From: a virus
Lineage: Duplodnaviria; Caudoviricetes
Strand: one strand, 5' to 3'
Virus record (IMG/VR): IMGVR_UViG_3300042524_000351
Location: 1-56,967 of that record
Length of the DNA stretch: 56,967 bases
The translations under genes were made by a program, and so were the position numbers. Positions 27,768 through 36,304 of this stretch are shown here, piece after piece. The notes below the pieces were generated by a model. That model was not told the DNA's origin, did not search any database, and worked only from the letters and a program-made list of their open reading frames with translations. The stretch's first letter is position 1; each line of letters begins with the position of its first letter.

Positions 27768-28208
27768 ATGAACCAAAAAACAGATACCATGAAGACCATG
27801 ACCAAACCAGTCGTGCAGATCGGATACCCCGTGAACCGCACGTTCCACCCCGCCTTTGAAATCGACGCCCATGCCTTGTTGTGGGCGAGCGCCAAGGGAC
27901 GGGACTTCATCCCCGCCATCGCGACCATAGGCCGCAAGAGCTATCAGAATAGACCTTTGCGCAAGGAACCGCTGCCGGACGCCCGCAAGTATCCGGTGCT
28001 GCGCGAACGCATCGGCTATTGGGAAACCGCACTAGAACTCGATGATCCACAAATCCTGCTAGAAGCCGCTGTGACTTCTGCGCTCAACAGCTTCCATGAC
28101 CTGATGGGAGAGAACCCGCTGGCGGCAGACCCACAAAAGTTCGTCGCCACCATCACTCAGGCCGCCTGCGAATGGGCGCAAGAATGCTTCAACACCGAAC
28201 AGCCATGA
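27768..28208 (+). CDS. Hypothetical protein
   Basis: ORF coupled to next gene by ATGA overlap. Confidence 0.55.
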   Translation: MNQKTDTMKTMTKPVVQIGYPVNRTFHPAFEIDAHALLWASAKGRDFIPAIATIGRKSYQNRPLRKEPLPDARKYPVLRERIGYWETALELDDPQILLEAAVTSALNSFHDLMGENPLAADPQKFVATITQAACEWAQECFNTEQP

Positions 28209-28444
28209 AAGCCACGATCCAATTCTCACCGATGCTGGTCGGTTCGCCACGCGAGGATCACCAGCACCTCTACACCGAGCAGGAACTGGCTGATTACCTG
28301 CGGATCTGTCGCCGTCAGCTCTACTCGTGGCGTATGAGCGGACTCATTCCCTACATCAAAATTGGCAAAGCAGTGAGATTCCGCCTCGCCGATGTCGAAG
28401 CCGTTCTCGCAACCCTCACCATTCAACACGAACCAATACCATGA
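28205..28444 (+). CDS. Excisionase-like HTH protein
   Basis: YTEQELADYLRICRRQLYSWR..GLIPYIKIGKAVRF; paralogue of 56378-56578. Confidence 0.8.
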   Translation: MKATIQFSPMLVGSPREDHQHLYTEQELADYLRICRRQLYSWRMSGLIPYIKIGKAVRFRLADVEAVLATLTIQHEPIP

Positions 28445-28941
28445 AACGCACATACAAACTGATAGCAAGCCGTGGAAACGAGATCGTCTTTGATGACCGT
28501 CTCCAAGCGGACAGCCCCCGCGATGCACGCCGGGAAATGAAGAAGCTGCTGGGCCTCGAAAGCCTGAGCGGAATCGTGTATTCCATCACCGAGATTCCCG
28601 TGGAGATGATCCGCGAGATCGTGGACGCCAGGATTGCTGAACTTGCCGGCGGAGCGCCGATTCAAACTCCGGTGCCCGCTGATGTGGAGTCTCTGGTGAT
28701 GGACCGCTTGAAACCGATACTCCGCCGACTGGCAGCATTGGAGCAGATGCCGAATGAACCCGAGCGTCCTACCCGCTTCGATCCGCTAGCCATCCTGCCG
28801 GACACGCCACCGGAGCCGGACTGGAATCTGGTTCGCCGCCACTTCCGCCGCTACGGGGATCCGCGCAAGACGGCGGAGAAATACGGCCTGAACCTGCGCG
28901 ACCTGAACACACGCGCCAGAAGGGAGGGATGGTCAGCATGA
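28441..28941 (+). CDS. Hypothetical protein
   Basis: ATGA-coupled ORF; possible C-terminal HTH. Confidence 0.6.
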   Translation: MKRTYKLIASRGNEIVFDDRLQADSPRDARREMKKLLGLESLSGIVYSITEIPVEMIREIVDARIAELAGGAPIQTPVPADVESLVMDRLKPILRRLAALEQMPNEPERPTRFDPLAILPDTPPEPDWNLVRRHFRRYGDPRKTAEKYGLNLRDLNTRARREGWSA

Positions 28942-29108
28942 TCGAGGTCAAACGCTACCGGAAACCCGACGGCTACCCGTCACGATATTGGGCCGTGTAT
29001 GTCGATGGCGAGTTGCTGGCCGTGGTGCTTTACCGTAAGGGCGCAATGGCCATCGCCGATATTATCCTCAACACCCGTGTGGGAAAGGCGGCGAGTGATG
29101 CCGCGTAA
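28938..29108 (+). CDS. Small hypothetical protein (56 aa)
   Basis: MIEVKRYRKPDGYPSRYWAVYVDGELLAVVLYRKGA...; ATGA-coupled; absent from the ORF track. Confidence 0.6.
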   Translation: MIEVKRYRKPDGYPSRYWAVYVDGELLAVVLYRKGAMAIADIILNTRVGKAASDAA

Positions 29109-29721
29109 GCCACCGGTTGCGCCCACCTGCTTCGTCCCGTCCTGTCCTGCGGATTTCGTGGGGCAGGCGGGTAAGGTGGCGGAGGTGTTGATGCGTAAGG
29201 CCGAGCGTCTGCGGACGAATCCCGACCAACCGCTCAAGTTGCTTGTGTCCGGCGCTCCCGGTATCGGCAAGACGAGCTTGGTGAACATGATCGCCCGCAC
29301 TCTCGCCAACCACCCCGTCGCCATCGAGGACGTGAACGGCAAGGAAGTGGGACTCGAACTCGCCCGCGAATGGACGCGCTCACTCGCCTACGGATCGCTG
29401 TTCGGATCGTGGTCGGTCAAAGTGGTGAACGAACTCGACCGCTGCTCCAAGGACGCGCAGGACATGCTTCTCACGTATCTCGACCGGATGAAGCCAGGCC
29501 ACGCATTCCTCGGCACCACGAACCTCGACCTCGGCAGCCTGACCGAGCGATTCCAAACCCGATTCCAATCGGTCCGACTCCAGCCCCCTGATAACGAGGT
29601 TCTCGCGGCATTCCTCGCGAGGCGGTGGGCTGTCCCTATCGCCACCACCCGGATGATTGCGGCCGGGGCAGCAGGGAACGTCAGGGCGGCGATGGCGGAC
29701 TTGGAGATGTGGCTTGGATGA
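29098..29721 (+). CDS. AAA+ ATPase, clamp-loader/RarA clade
   Basis: DFVGQ, GAPGIGKT, VVNELD, TTN, FQTRF, GNVRAA. Confidence 0.8.
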   Translation: MPRKPPVAPTCFVPSCPADFVGQAGKVAEVLMRKAERLRTNPDQPLKLLVSGAPGIGKTSLVNMIARTLANHPVAIEDVNGKEVGLELAREWTRSLAYGSLFGSWSVKVVNELDRCSKDAQDMLLTYLDRMKPGHAFLGTTNLDLGSLTERFQTRFQSVRLQPPDNEVLAAFLARRWAVPIATTRMIAAGAAGNVRAAMADLEMWLG

Positions 29722-29768
29722 CTGATTCAGAGTGTGCTAACAGGCCCTGCTTTCACTTGGTCTGACGT

Positions 29769-30092
29769 TCAGAAATCAACCTTGGCGTCATGGCTTTTGC
29801 TCCAAATCGGACAGCCAATCTGCCCCCTAAGAACTTTTGCGGCAAATTCAAGTGCAGCTACGAATGTCTCAGCCTCGTGGTCGCCACCGAGCGCTATTTC
29901 AATCTCTCGCGGTTGATCAAAAACTTTCCCATCAATCTTAACACACCAAGATGTCGCAGCTTCGTCGTGCAGTTTAATAAAGGTTCTACCGCCGTGCCCG
30001 TAATCGCCCCCTTGTGGGCAGTTCGACCCTGCCTCAACGGAGAGTATATTAGCGGCGGTGAATGTTTCTGAATATGCTTTTACTGTTGTCAT
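29769..30092 (-). CDS. Hypothetical protein
   Basis: 107 aa ORF in low-GC insert. Confidence 0.6.
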   Translation of the reverse strand: MTTVKAYSETFTAANILSVEAGSNCPQGGDYGHGGRTFIKLHDEAATSWCVKIDGKVFDQPREIEIALGGDHEAETFVAALEFAAKVLRGQIGCPIWSKSHDAKVDF

Positions 30093-30132
30093 AGAATGAA
30101 TATGTGGTTCTTAATGGTTTAATGGGAATTGC

Positions 30133-30753
30133 TTATTTCTCCACGGCTAGTATACGATGGTATGCTGCATCCGACAAGAGTCCTGCGCCATGAAATGCTT
30201 TTGCCAAAGACACCTGCCGGTCGCCTATTTTGTCGTTCTTCTTGCGGTTTAGCGTCAGGGGCATCAGCTCTAAATTTGCGATCACATTATCAAGTTCCGG
30301 TGCTACGGCCCGTGGGATGATGTGATCCACCGAAAGCACCTCACCGGCATACGGACCTTTCCTTACGGTCGCCGTCTTCCCATGTCTCATATCGTCTAGG
30401 TCTGCTGGCGTGGTGGAACCAAGGCGTTCCAGAATCGTGACATTACGGACCATTGCCGCCGAAGTCAGACGGCCCTTTTCGGTGCCACCCCAACCGATAC
30501 TTTCAATGGCACTATCTGCCACCTTGGCAGGATCCTGCCCGTTCACTTTGGCTTGCCACAGAATCTCGGTGACCTTCTGGATTCTCGAATTGGCTCCTCT
30601 GTCCCCAAGCGTGGCGAGCTTGGCCGGGTCAATGAGGGGGTGGATGAGTAAGGCAGCGTCATTGGTCTTTGTCGAAGCAACCGGACGGCCGCAGCAAGGG
30701 AGGAAGAGGCAGAGGGAAAGAAGCAAGAGAGGGCGAAGCATCTGGATTGTCAT
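30133..30753 (-). CDS. Putative lipoprotein with HNH-type nuclease motif
   Basis: LRPLLLLSLCLFLPCC signal/lipobox-like N-terminus; SVDHIIPR...NLELMPLTLNRKKND. Confidence 0.6.
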   Translation of the reverse strand: MTIQMLRPLLLLSLCLFLPCCGRPVASTKTNDAALLIHPLIDPAKLATLGDRGANSRIQKVTEILWQAKVNGQDPAKVADSAIESIGWGGTEKGRLTSAAMVRNVTILERLGSTTPADLDDMRHGKTATVRKGPYAGEVLSVDHIIPRAVAPELDNVIANLELMPLTLNRKKNDKIGDRQVSLAKAFHGAGLLSDAAYHRILAVEK

Positions 30754-30997
30754 AATCGTATCTACAATGGTATTGCAGTTCAATTGTTGTTCTGGCAAAA
30801 AATGATCACCTTTGATGCCTCCACCTTTTTCAGTCGCGCACCAAGTCGCGGAAGAGGAGGCTGGCAAAGCGTTTGAAGCTCAATAACAGCTTCTGAGCCT
30901 GGCTGAAGTTGCCGGATACGTCAGTCCGTTGCCCATAAGTCGGAGTTCTTCGACTCAAACCGCTTGATTTTCTGCCTTTGGTCAGAGATTATCGCTC

Positions 30998-31942
30998 GTG
31001 TCTTACGAGGCGATTACTCTCACACTCCTTAGTCTCAGGGGCGTCGGTCCAAGGTCCGTCGCCGACTTTCTTTCGTCTGGATACGAAGCAACAGAAGCTG
31101 ATTCCTTGCATAAGGCTCTTCTTCGAGGAGCCATTTCTCGTTTGTCGTCAATCCCAGGTGTCGATGATGTCCGGTTGGCATGGGAGAGAGCTGAGCGGCT
31201 AATTGACGACTGTGCGAAGCAGGACGTAACTATCCTAGGTGGAGTCAATCCGCTCCCAGTAACACTTTGTAGTATTCCTAATCCGCCTTTGCTCTTGTTC
31301 GTGCTTGGTAATTACAAGCTTGTCTATTCAAAAGGGATTGCTGTCATCGGAACAAGAGAACCAACTGATTTCGGCAGGAAGGCAGCACATCGAATGGCGC
31401 ATGTTCTCGCTGAGAATAGTTGGACAGTAGTCAGTGGCCTTGCCGAAGGATGTGACACAGAAGGGCACGAAGGTTGTTTGGCAGCCAATGGGGGAACTAT
31501 TGCAGTTTTGGCCCACGGTTTTGGGAGGATTTATCCCTCAAAAAACAAGATGCTTTCAGAAAGGATACTGGAGTCCGGTGGTTGTTTAGCAACAGAGTAT
31601 CCCCCTGGTGTTCCGCCGACGAAGAGTTCATTCATTGAACGTGATCGGCTTCAGAGCGGATTGTCTCGCGGAATAGTCGTTGTTGAGACTGATGTTCGGG
31701 GTGGAACTTTACACACAGTCGCCCATGCGAAGTCTCAGGGTCGAGGTATAGCCGCACTAGCTCACCCCTCCCACCTTATTGGCGAGCCAAAAGCTCAAGG
31801 TAATCAAAAGCTAATAAGAGAAGGTGTCGCTAGACCACTTTCCAATAGATCCGACTTGATTGATTTCGCTGACTCGCTTGATGACAAGATTCCACTTGAT
31901 TCTGGAGACGATTCACATGTTCAAACAACTTTTGATCTCTAA
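30998..31942 (+). CDS. DprA/SLOG family protein, ShosA-like antitoxin
   Basis: IAVIGTR, VVSGLAEGCD, ERDRLQSGLS, GGTLHT. Confidence 0.88.
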   Translation: MSYEAITLTLLSLRGVGPRSVADFLSSGYEATEADSLHKALLRGAISRLSSIPGVDDVRLAWERAERLIDDCAKQDVTILGGVNPLPVTLCSIPNPPLLLFVLGNYKLVYSKGIAVIGTREPTDFGRKAAHRMAHVLAENSWTVVSGLAEGCDTEGHEGCLAANGGTIAVLAHGFGRIYPSKNKMLSERILESGGCLATEYPPGVPPTKSSFIERDRLQSGLSRGIVVVETDVRGGTLHTVAHAKSQGRGIAALAHPSHLIGEPKAQGNQKLIREGVARPLSNRSDLIDFADSLDDKIPLDSGDDSHVQTTFDL

Positions 31943-31944
31943 TC

Positions 31945-33123
31945 ATGAATGCGGCTGTTCTTTTTGACTTGGATGATACGCTTGTGGATACCCACCACCT
32001 CCGGACATATCGTGACACGCAACAGTGGACCGAATTAACTGATTCTATTCTGGGGCAGGTTCAGCCATTCACCGGGGTAACTGAATTGCTGGGTAATTTA
32101 CGCATGAACGCCTGTGGAATTGCGGTGGTTACAACTTCCCCCAAATGGTATGCTGAGAAGCTTCTAAAGCGCTTGAGCTTGCCGTTTGATGTCATTGTTG
32201 CGGCGGGCGATACCCGCTATGGAAAGCCTAGCAGAGATCCATCCAAGCTTGCTCTACAAAAGCTCGGCCATTCAGATCAAAATACGTCATTTGTGATCGG
32301 AGATCGGTGTGTTGATATTGCTTCAGGTGATTCAGTATGTAAGTGGACAATCGGCGCTGGTTGGGGCACAAAAAACCGTCGCGACCTGATGATGGCTTAT
32401 CCCAAAGTAATTGCGGAAGATCCATCTGAGGTGTTCAGCGTTGTTAATGGCGTGCTCTCCGGAAATGAACCTCAAGAATATGCATGGGCAGATAAGACGA
32501 CTGCAGAACGGTGGATCGATTCTCCTGTATGGGATAGAAGAAAGCATCTAACGGACTACCGCATTCCTTACAAGTTCGCCAGGGTTTATCGAAAGTGGGG
32601 ATCTTGGACGGATGAAAGCGTCAGATTGTTCAAGAGTAAGAACCCCAAGCAGTGGTGGTTCAAAGATAAAGCGGCTTCTCTTTTCGCTTTAGAACTTCAA
32701 GATGTGATTCCGGATGGAGGCTACGTTATGTTTGTCCCACCGGCAGCGCTCAAGGGGACGGATGGTTATGATAATCGATGGGAATTGGTTGAGCAATTTC
32801 TTGGTGACGAAGCAAAGAAGAAAGGGTGGAAATTCTGTCAAGCTGTGATCCCAACGGAATCCTCCGTTCCCGCACACGAGCAGGAAGCTGATTCAGCAGA
32901 TAGAGATCCTGAGGTTATCAAATCAAGATTGAGATGGGTCGGTGGCATACCTGCTGATGCAACTGATGTTGTGATCGTTGATGACGTTCTGACAACAGGT
33001 GCACATCTGCGTGCTTACCACGACGTGGTCACAGCCAATCTTCCTAAGACCAGAATCAGCCTCGTTGCGTGGGCTGTCTTTTCTTCGATTCCTTGGCACA
33101 GATGCCCGTCGGCTAATTGCTGA
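31945..33123 (+). CDS. HAD hydrolase-PRTase fusion, ShosT-like toxin
   Basis: FDLDDTL, KP, IGD (HAD motifs); VVIVDDVLTTGA (PRPP-binding loop). Confidence 0.85.
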   Translation: MNAAVLFDLDDTLVDTHHLRTYRDTQQWTELTDSILGQVQPFTGVTELLGNLRMNACGIAVVTTSPKWYAEKLLKRLSLPFDVIVAAGDTRYGKPSRDPSKLALQKLGHSDQNTSFVIGDRCVDIASGDSVCKWTIGAGWGTKNRRDLMMAYPKVIAEDPSEVFSVVNGVLSGNEPQEYAWADKTTAERWIDSPVWDRRKHLTDYRIPYKFARVYRKWGSWTDESVRLFKSKNPKQWWFKDKAASLFALELQDVIPDGGYVMFVPPAALKGTDGYDNRWELVEQFLGDEAKKKGWKFCQAVIPTESSVPAHEQEADSADRDPEVIKSRLRWVGGIPADATDVVIVDDVLTTGAHLRAYHDVVTANLPKTRISLVAWAVFSSIPWHRCPSANC

Positions 33124-33216
33124 GTGTGACCGGGCAGGAAATCTATTTACGAGACCGTTCCAGTCCTTGGGTCTCCCCACCCCCATCCAAATCTTGTGAA
33201 TGGAGCCATTTCAGCT

Positions 33217-34149
33217 TTACACTTTTTTCACGTCGGAAGTCGCCTCGTTTGGGAAGAAAATCCGAGGTGACCAGCCAAGACTTTTCCTTACGGCCACAGG
33301 GGATGCGCGGGTTTCCGGCACGTCCGCTGGGTGGGCATCTTTGTGGATCACGGTAGGTGTAAAATCAGTAAAGCTGGACCCCGAAATCTGTAAAGCGGCG
33401 GCGGCTTTCGTCGCGGCATCCAGCATGTCCATGACGGAGTGGTTTTTGCCAGTGCCGACGTTCAGAACGGCCGATCCGGGACCGGGCCAGTGGAGAGCAA
33501 GTTCGACCGCCCTGGCCACATCGGAAACGTGCGTGAGGTCGCGGCGGTGGCTCCCATCACCATTGATTACGACTGGCTGGCTCGCCTCGATCTTGCGACG
33601 GAACGCTTCCAGTGCGAGGTCTGGGCGCTGACCTGAACCCCAGACGGAGAAGAACCGCAGGGCGAGAAAGCGCAGACCGTGGAGGCGGGAGTAGAGTCGG
33701 CCCCATTGCTCGCCGTGGAGTTTGGTCAGTGCGTATGGGCTGCATGGATCAGGCGTGGTCGATTCCTCGGCCGGCAGTGGCGTGTCCGGTCCATAGACGC
33801 TGGACGACGAAGCGAAGACGAAATGGCGGATGCCGTGGATTCGGCAATGCTCCAGGAGCCGCAGGGTGCCGACCACGTTCGTTGAGTCATAATCGAAAGG
33901 CCGGTCCATAGAGGGGCGCACACCGGCCAGAGCTGCGAGATGAACAATGGCGTCGATTCCTTGGTCTGGCAGGCGGGCGGTCCTAATGTCGCCGCAGAGG
34001 TAGATGCTGCCGTCCGGAAATCTGTCCTCGGGCGGGATCAAGTCGTAGCCGATGACTTTGTGGCCTGCATCGCATAGGTGCCGCACGACATGGTTGCCGA
34101 TGAAGCCGGACGACCCGGTGACGAGGACGGTGAGCGGTTTGAAATCCAT
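33217..34149 (-). CDS. NAD-dependent nucleotide-sugar epimerase/dehydratase
   Basis: TGSSGFIG, HLAALAGVR, SSSSVYG, YALTK (YxxxK), LRFFSV. Confidence 0.92.
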   Translation of the reverse strand: MDFKPLTVLVTGSSGFIGNHVVRHLCDAGHKVIGYDLIPPEDRFPDGSIYLCGDIRTARLPDQGIDAIVHLAALAGVRPSMDRPFDYDSTNVVGTLRLLEHCRIHGIRHFVFASSSSVYGPDTPLPAEESTTPDPCSPYALTKLHGEQWGRLYSRLHGLRFLALRFFSVWGSGQRPDLALEAFRRKIEASQPVVINGDGSHRRDLTHVSDVARAVELALHWPGPGSAVLNVGTGKNHSVMDMLDAATKAAAALQISGSSFTDFTPTVIHKDAHPADVPETRASPVAVRKSLGWSPRIFFPNEATSDVKKV

Positions 34150-34164
34150 GCCCCGCGCCGGGAG

Positions 34165-34518
34165 TCAACTCGCACGCACCAGGGAAACGAGGCGTTCGAT
34201 GTGAGCCGTCGTCAGTTCGTTTGGTCCGAGGCGGACGACATGCCATCCGGCCAAGGTGGCTTCGAGGTATTTTTCCAGGTCGGCGGCGAAGCCCGCCCCG
34301 CGGTTGTGACGCCCGTTCACGTAGATACCGCCTTCGATTTCGATCAGGGTTTTCGATTCCTGGTGAGCGAAGTCCGCTCGCCATTTCCGCACGGGGTGAA
34401 ATCGGAATTCCTTTTCCAACTCAGGTCCACCCAGCGCCCGCCACAGAAGTTCAAAGCGTTTCTCAAGCCTGCTTGGCGGCTTGGCACCCCGGAACACTTT
34501 GCGGGCGCGGGTCGCCAT
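34165..34518 (-). CDS. Vsr/DUF559-like PD-(D/E)XK endonuclease
   Basis: [14 protein letters not shown]...IEIEGG...KY..A.L.GW. Confidence 0.75.
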   Translation of the reverse strand: MATRARKVFRGAKPPSRLEKRFELLWRALGGPELEKEFRFHPVRKWRADFAHQESKTLIEIEGGIYVNGRHNRGAGFAADLEKYLEATLAGWHVVRLGPNELTTAHIERLVSLVRAS

Positions 34519-34760
34519 CAGAGGGGCAATTTCGGCTGATTAGGATCGTCGATGGAGCACTCGATTTCATCGGTCGTCACCTTGGACACGCGGCACGTCA
34601 CCTTGAGTTTGGTGGGTGAGTGCGAACGGTCGAAGGTCACGCGGAATCCGAGGCTGAACTTGCCGTCGTCGGCGCTGTCCTCGGCTTCATCGAAGTGGGC
34701 ATCGAGGAGTTCCTTCACCGCGTCGATGGCGGCTTTGCATTCGGTGGGCTTGGTGTTCAT
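34518..34760 (-). CDS. Hypothetical protein
   Basis: 80 aa coupled ORF. Confidence 0.6.
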   Translation of the reverse strand: MNTKPTECKAAIDAVKELLDAHFDEAEDSADDGKFSLGFRVTFDRSHSPTKLKVTCRVSKVTTDEIECSIDDPNQPKLPL

Positions 34761-34942
34761 GGCTTGGTGTTGCGGAGGGTTTCTTCAATGCGGCGGAGTG
34801 ATGCCATTACCGAGGCGTTGTGATCGGCGAGGGTGCGTTTGCGTTCCTCGCTGGCCTTGAGCCATTTTGAGATCGTGCCTGCCGCGCCGAAGGTGATGGC
34901 GAAAAAGCCAACGAAGGTGAGGATGTCAGTGAGTAGGTTCAT
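34757..34942 (-). CDS. Small membrane protein
   Basis: One hydrophobic segment; ends [10 protein letters not shown]. Confidence 0.55.
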   Translation of the reverse strand: MNLLTDILTFVGFFAITFGAAGTISKWLKASEERKRTLADHNASVMASLRRIEETLRNTKP

Positions 34943-35103
34943 GGCTTTTGGTTGCGGAGTTGTTCTTCAATTTTGGTGAGCGACTTGGTCACTGCTTCGC
35001 GGAACTCTTTGAAGAACCACACGGCTTCGATGGCTTTGATGACCGCGATTCCGATTGCGATGATGCAAGACACGAATCCGATTGAGAGTAGGAATGCTTC
35101 CAT
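34939..35103 (-). CDS. Small membrane protein (54 aa)
   Basis: MEAFLLSIGFVSCIIAIGIAVIKA...IEEQLRNQKP; ATGA-coupled; absent from the ORF track. Confidence 0.55.
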   Translation of the reverse strand: MEAFLLSIGFVSCIIAIGIAVIKAIEAVWFFKEFREAVTKSLTKIEEQLRNQKP

Positions 35104-35115
35104 GATTTTGTATTG

Positions 35116-35796
35116 TTAGAGTTGGTTGTAGATGGTGACGATCGGTTCGAGGTCTCGTTTGAGAGCCTCCCGCTGTTCGTCGGTGGCGGTGTCCAGAAAA
35201 CGATTTGCCTTCATGCGCTTCCACCAGACGGAGAGGCGGTTCACGAATGGGATGTGGTTGTCGATGCCCTTGTCGGAGTCGTCGGGTTCGAGATCCTTGT
35301 CGGTTGCGATGCGGCCAAGGTTGAGCGACTTGCGCAACCGGCGCGTGGACATCCGGCGTCCGGCATCCTCTTCGGCGACGCAGGCTTCAATCCAATCCTG
35401 CATGTCACCGTCGGGCAGCTTGGCCATCAGGCGGTGGTGTTCCCACGAGAGACGTTCGGTGCGCAGCGAAAACGGGACGTTACGTGAAACGTAGGCGTAG
35501 TTCTGGAGGGTGGAGAGGTCGAGGCCGGTGGCTTTGAGCGCGAGCTGATAAGAGGGATGATCCACTTTGCGTTCTGGATCGCCTTCGGTGCCGAACAGGC
35601 TTTGGCCATAGACGAGCCAGTCGCCGACGATGAAGGCAATCGAACTGGCGGCTTCACCGATGCTTGTCGCGAGTTCCTGCCATTCCTCGACGCTGAGTTT
35701 GTCGGAGATTTGCAGGCCAACGCGACTGACGGCGACCTTCGGGTTTGGGAGTCTAAGTGAGTTCATGGGATCTGGTGGATCGAATGCGGGCGGCAC
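35116..35796 (-). CDS. LmbU-like DNA-binding regulator
   Basis: IVGDWLVYG, TGLDLSTLQNYAYVSR, LSWEHH, MSTRRLR. Confidence 0.7.
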   Translation of the reverse strand: MPPAFDPPDPMNSLRLPNPKVAVSRVGLQISDKLSVEEWQELATSIGEAASSIAFIVGDWLVYGQSLFGTEGDPERKVDHPSYQLALKATGLDLSTLQNYAYVSRNVPFSLRTERLSWEHHRLMAKLPDGDMQDWIEACVAEEDAGRRMSTRRLRKSLNLGRIATDKDLEPDDSDKGIDNHIPFVNRLSVWWKRMKANRFLDTATDEQREALKRDLEPIVTIYNQL

Positions 35797-36304
35797 GATA
35801 CCGCTTGCGGGCTGTCAACGAGCGCATGGCGCGGGAGGGTTTGAGGTCGAGCAGTTCGGTTAGTTCGACACAGCGTTTGCTGACCGCCGCTCTGGTGATG
35901 CCGTGGCGTTCGGCGATTTCAGTCATCGAGGAACCGGTGTAGGAAAGGCCGCTGACCAGGGCGATGCACTCGGCGGTGAGGCGGGCGTTGTCGTGGCAGA
36001 GGATTTCACCCAGCACACGCCGTAGTGATGACCACACTGATTCTGTGTCGCAGGTTTCGTCATCGGATTCCGGTTCTGGTTCGGGCATCACGGCGGGATC
36101 GTCGCCCTCCTTCATCAATGGACTGTCGGCGGCATCACCCTTGGCTGATCCGTTGCCGTGGTTGGCGAGGCATGGCGCGGCAAGACCTTGGGCTTCGAGT
36201 TTGCGGCGTTCATCCGCAGGCAGGGATTCAATCCACGCCCGGTATTCGCGCTGATACTCGGCATCGCGGGCGGATTGCTTTTTGGAGTAGTCGTCGGAGT
36301 TCAT
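35753..36304 (-). CDS. Protein with C-terminal sigma-region-4-like HTH
   Basis: GSSMTEIAERHGITRAAVSKR; ATG 36304 overlaps the polymerase stop. Confidence 0.6.
   Translation of the reverse strand: MNSDDYSKKQSARDAEYQREYRAWIESLPADERRKLEAQGLAAPCLANHGNGSAKGDAADSPLMKEGDDPAVMPEPEPESDDETCDTESVWSSLRRVLGEILCHDNARLTAECIALVSGLSYTGSSMTEIAERHGITRAAVSKRCVELTELLDLKPSRAMRSLTARKRYRAARIRSTRSHELT

Noticed and set aside
30998-31942. DprA as a natural-competence gene
   Set aside because: Coupled to a HAD/PRTase gene in low-GC cargo, which fits ShosTA rather than a com locus
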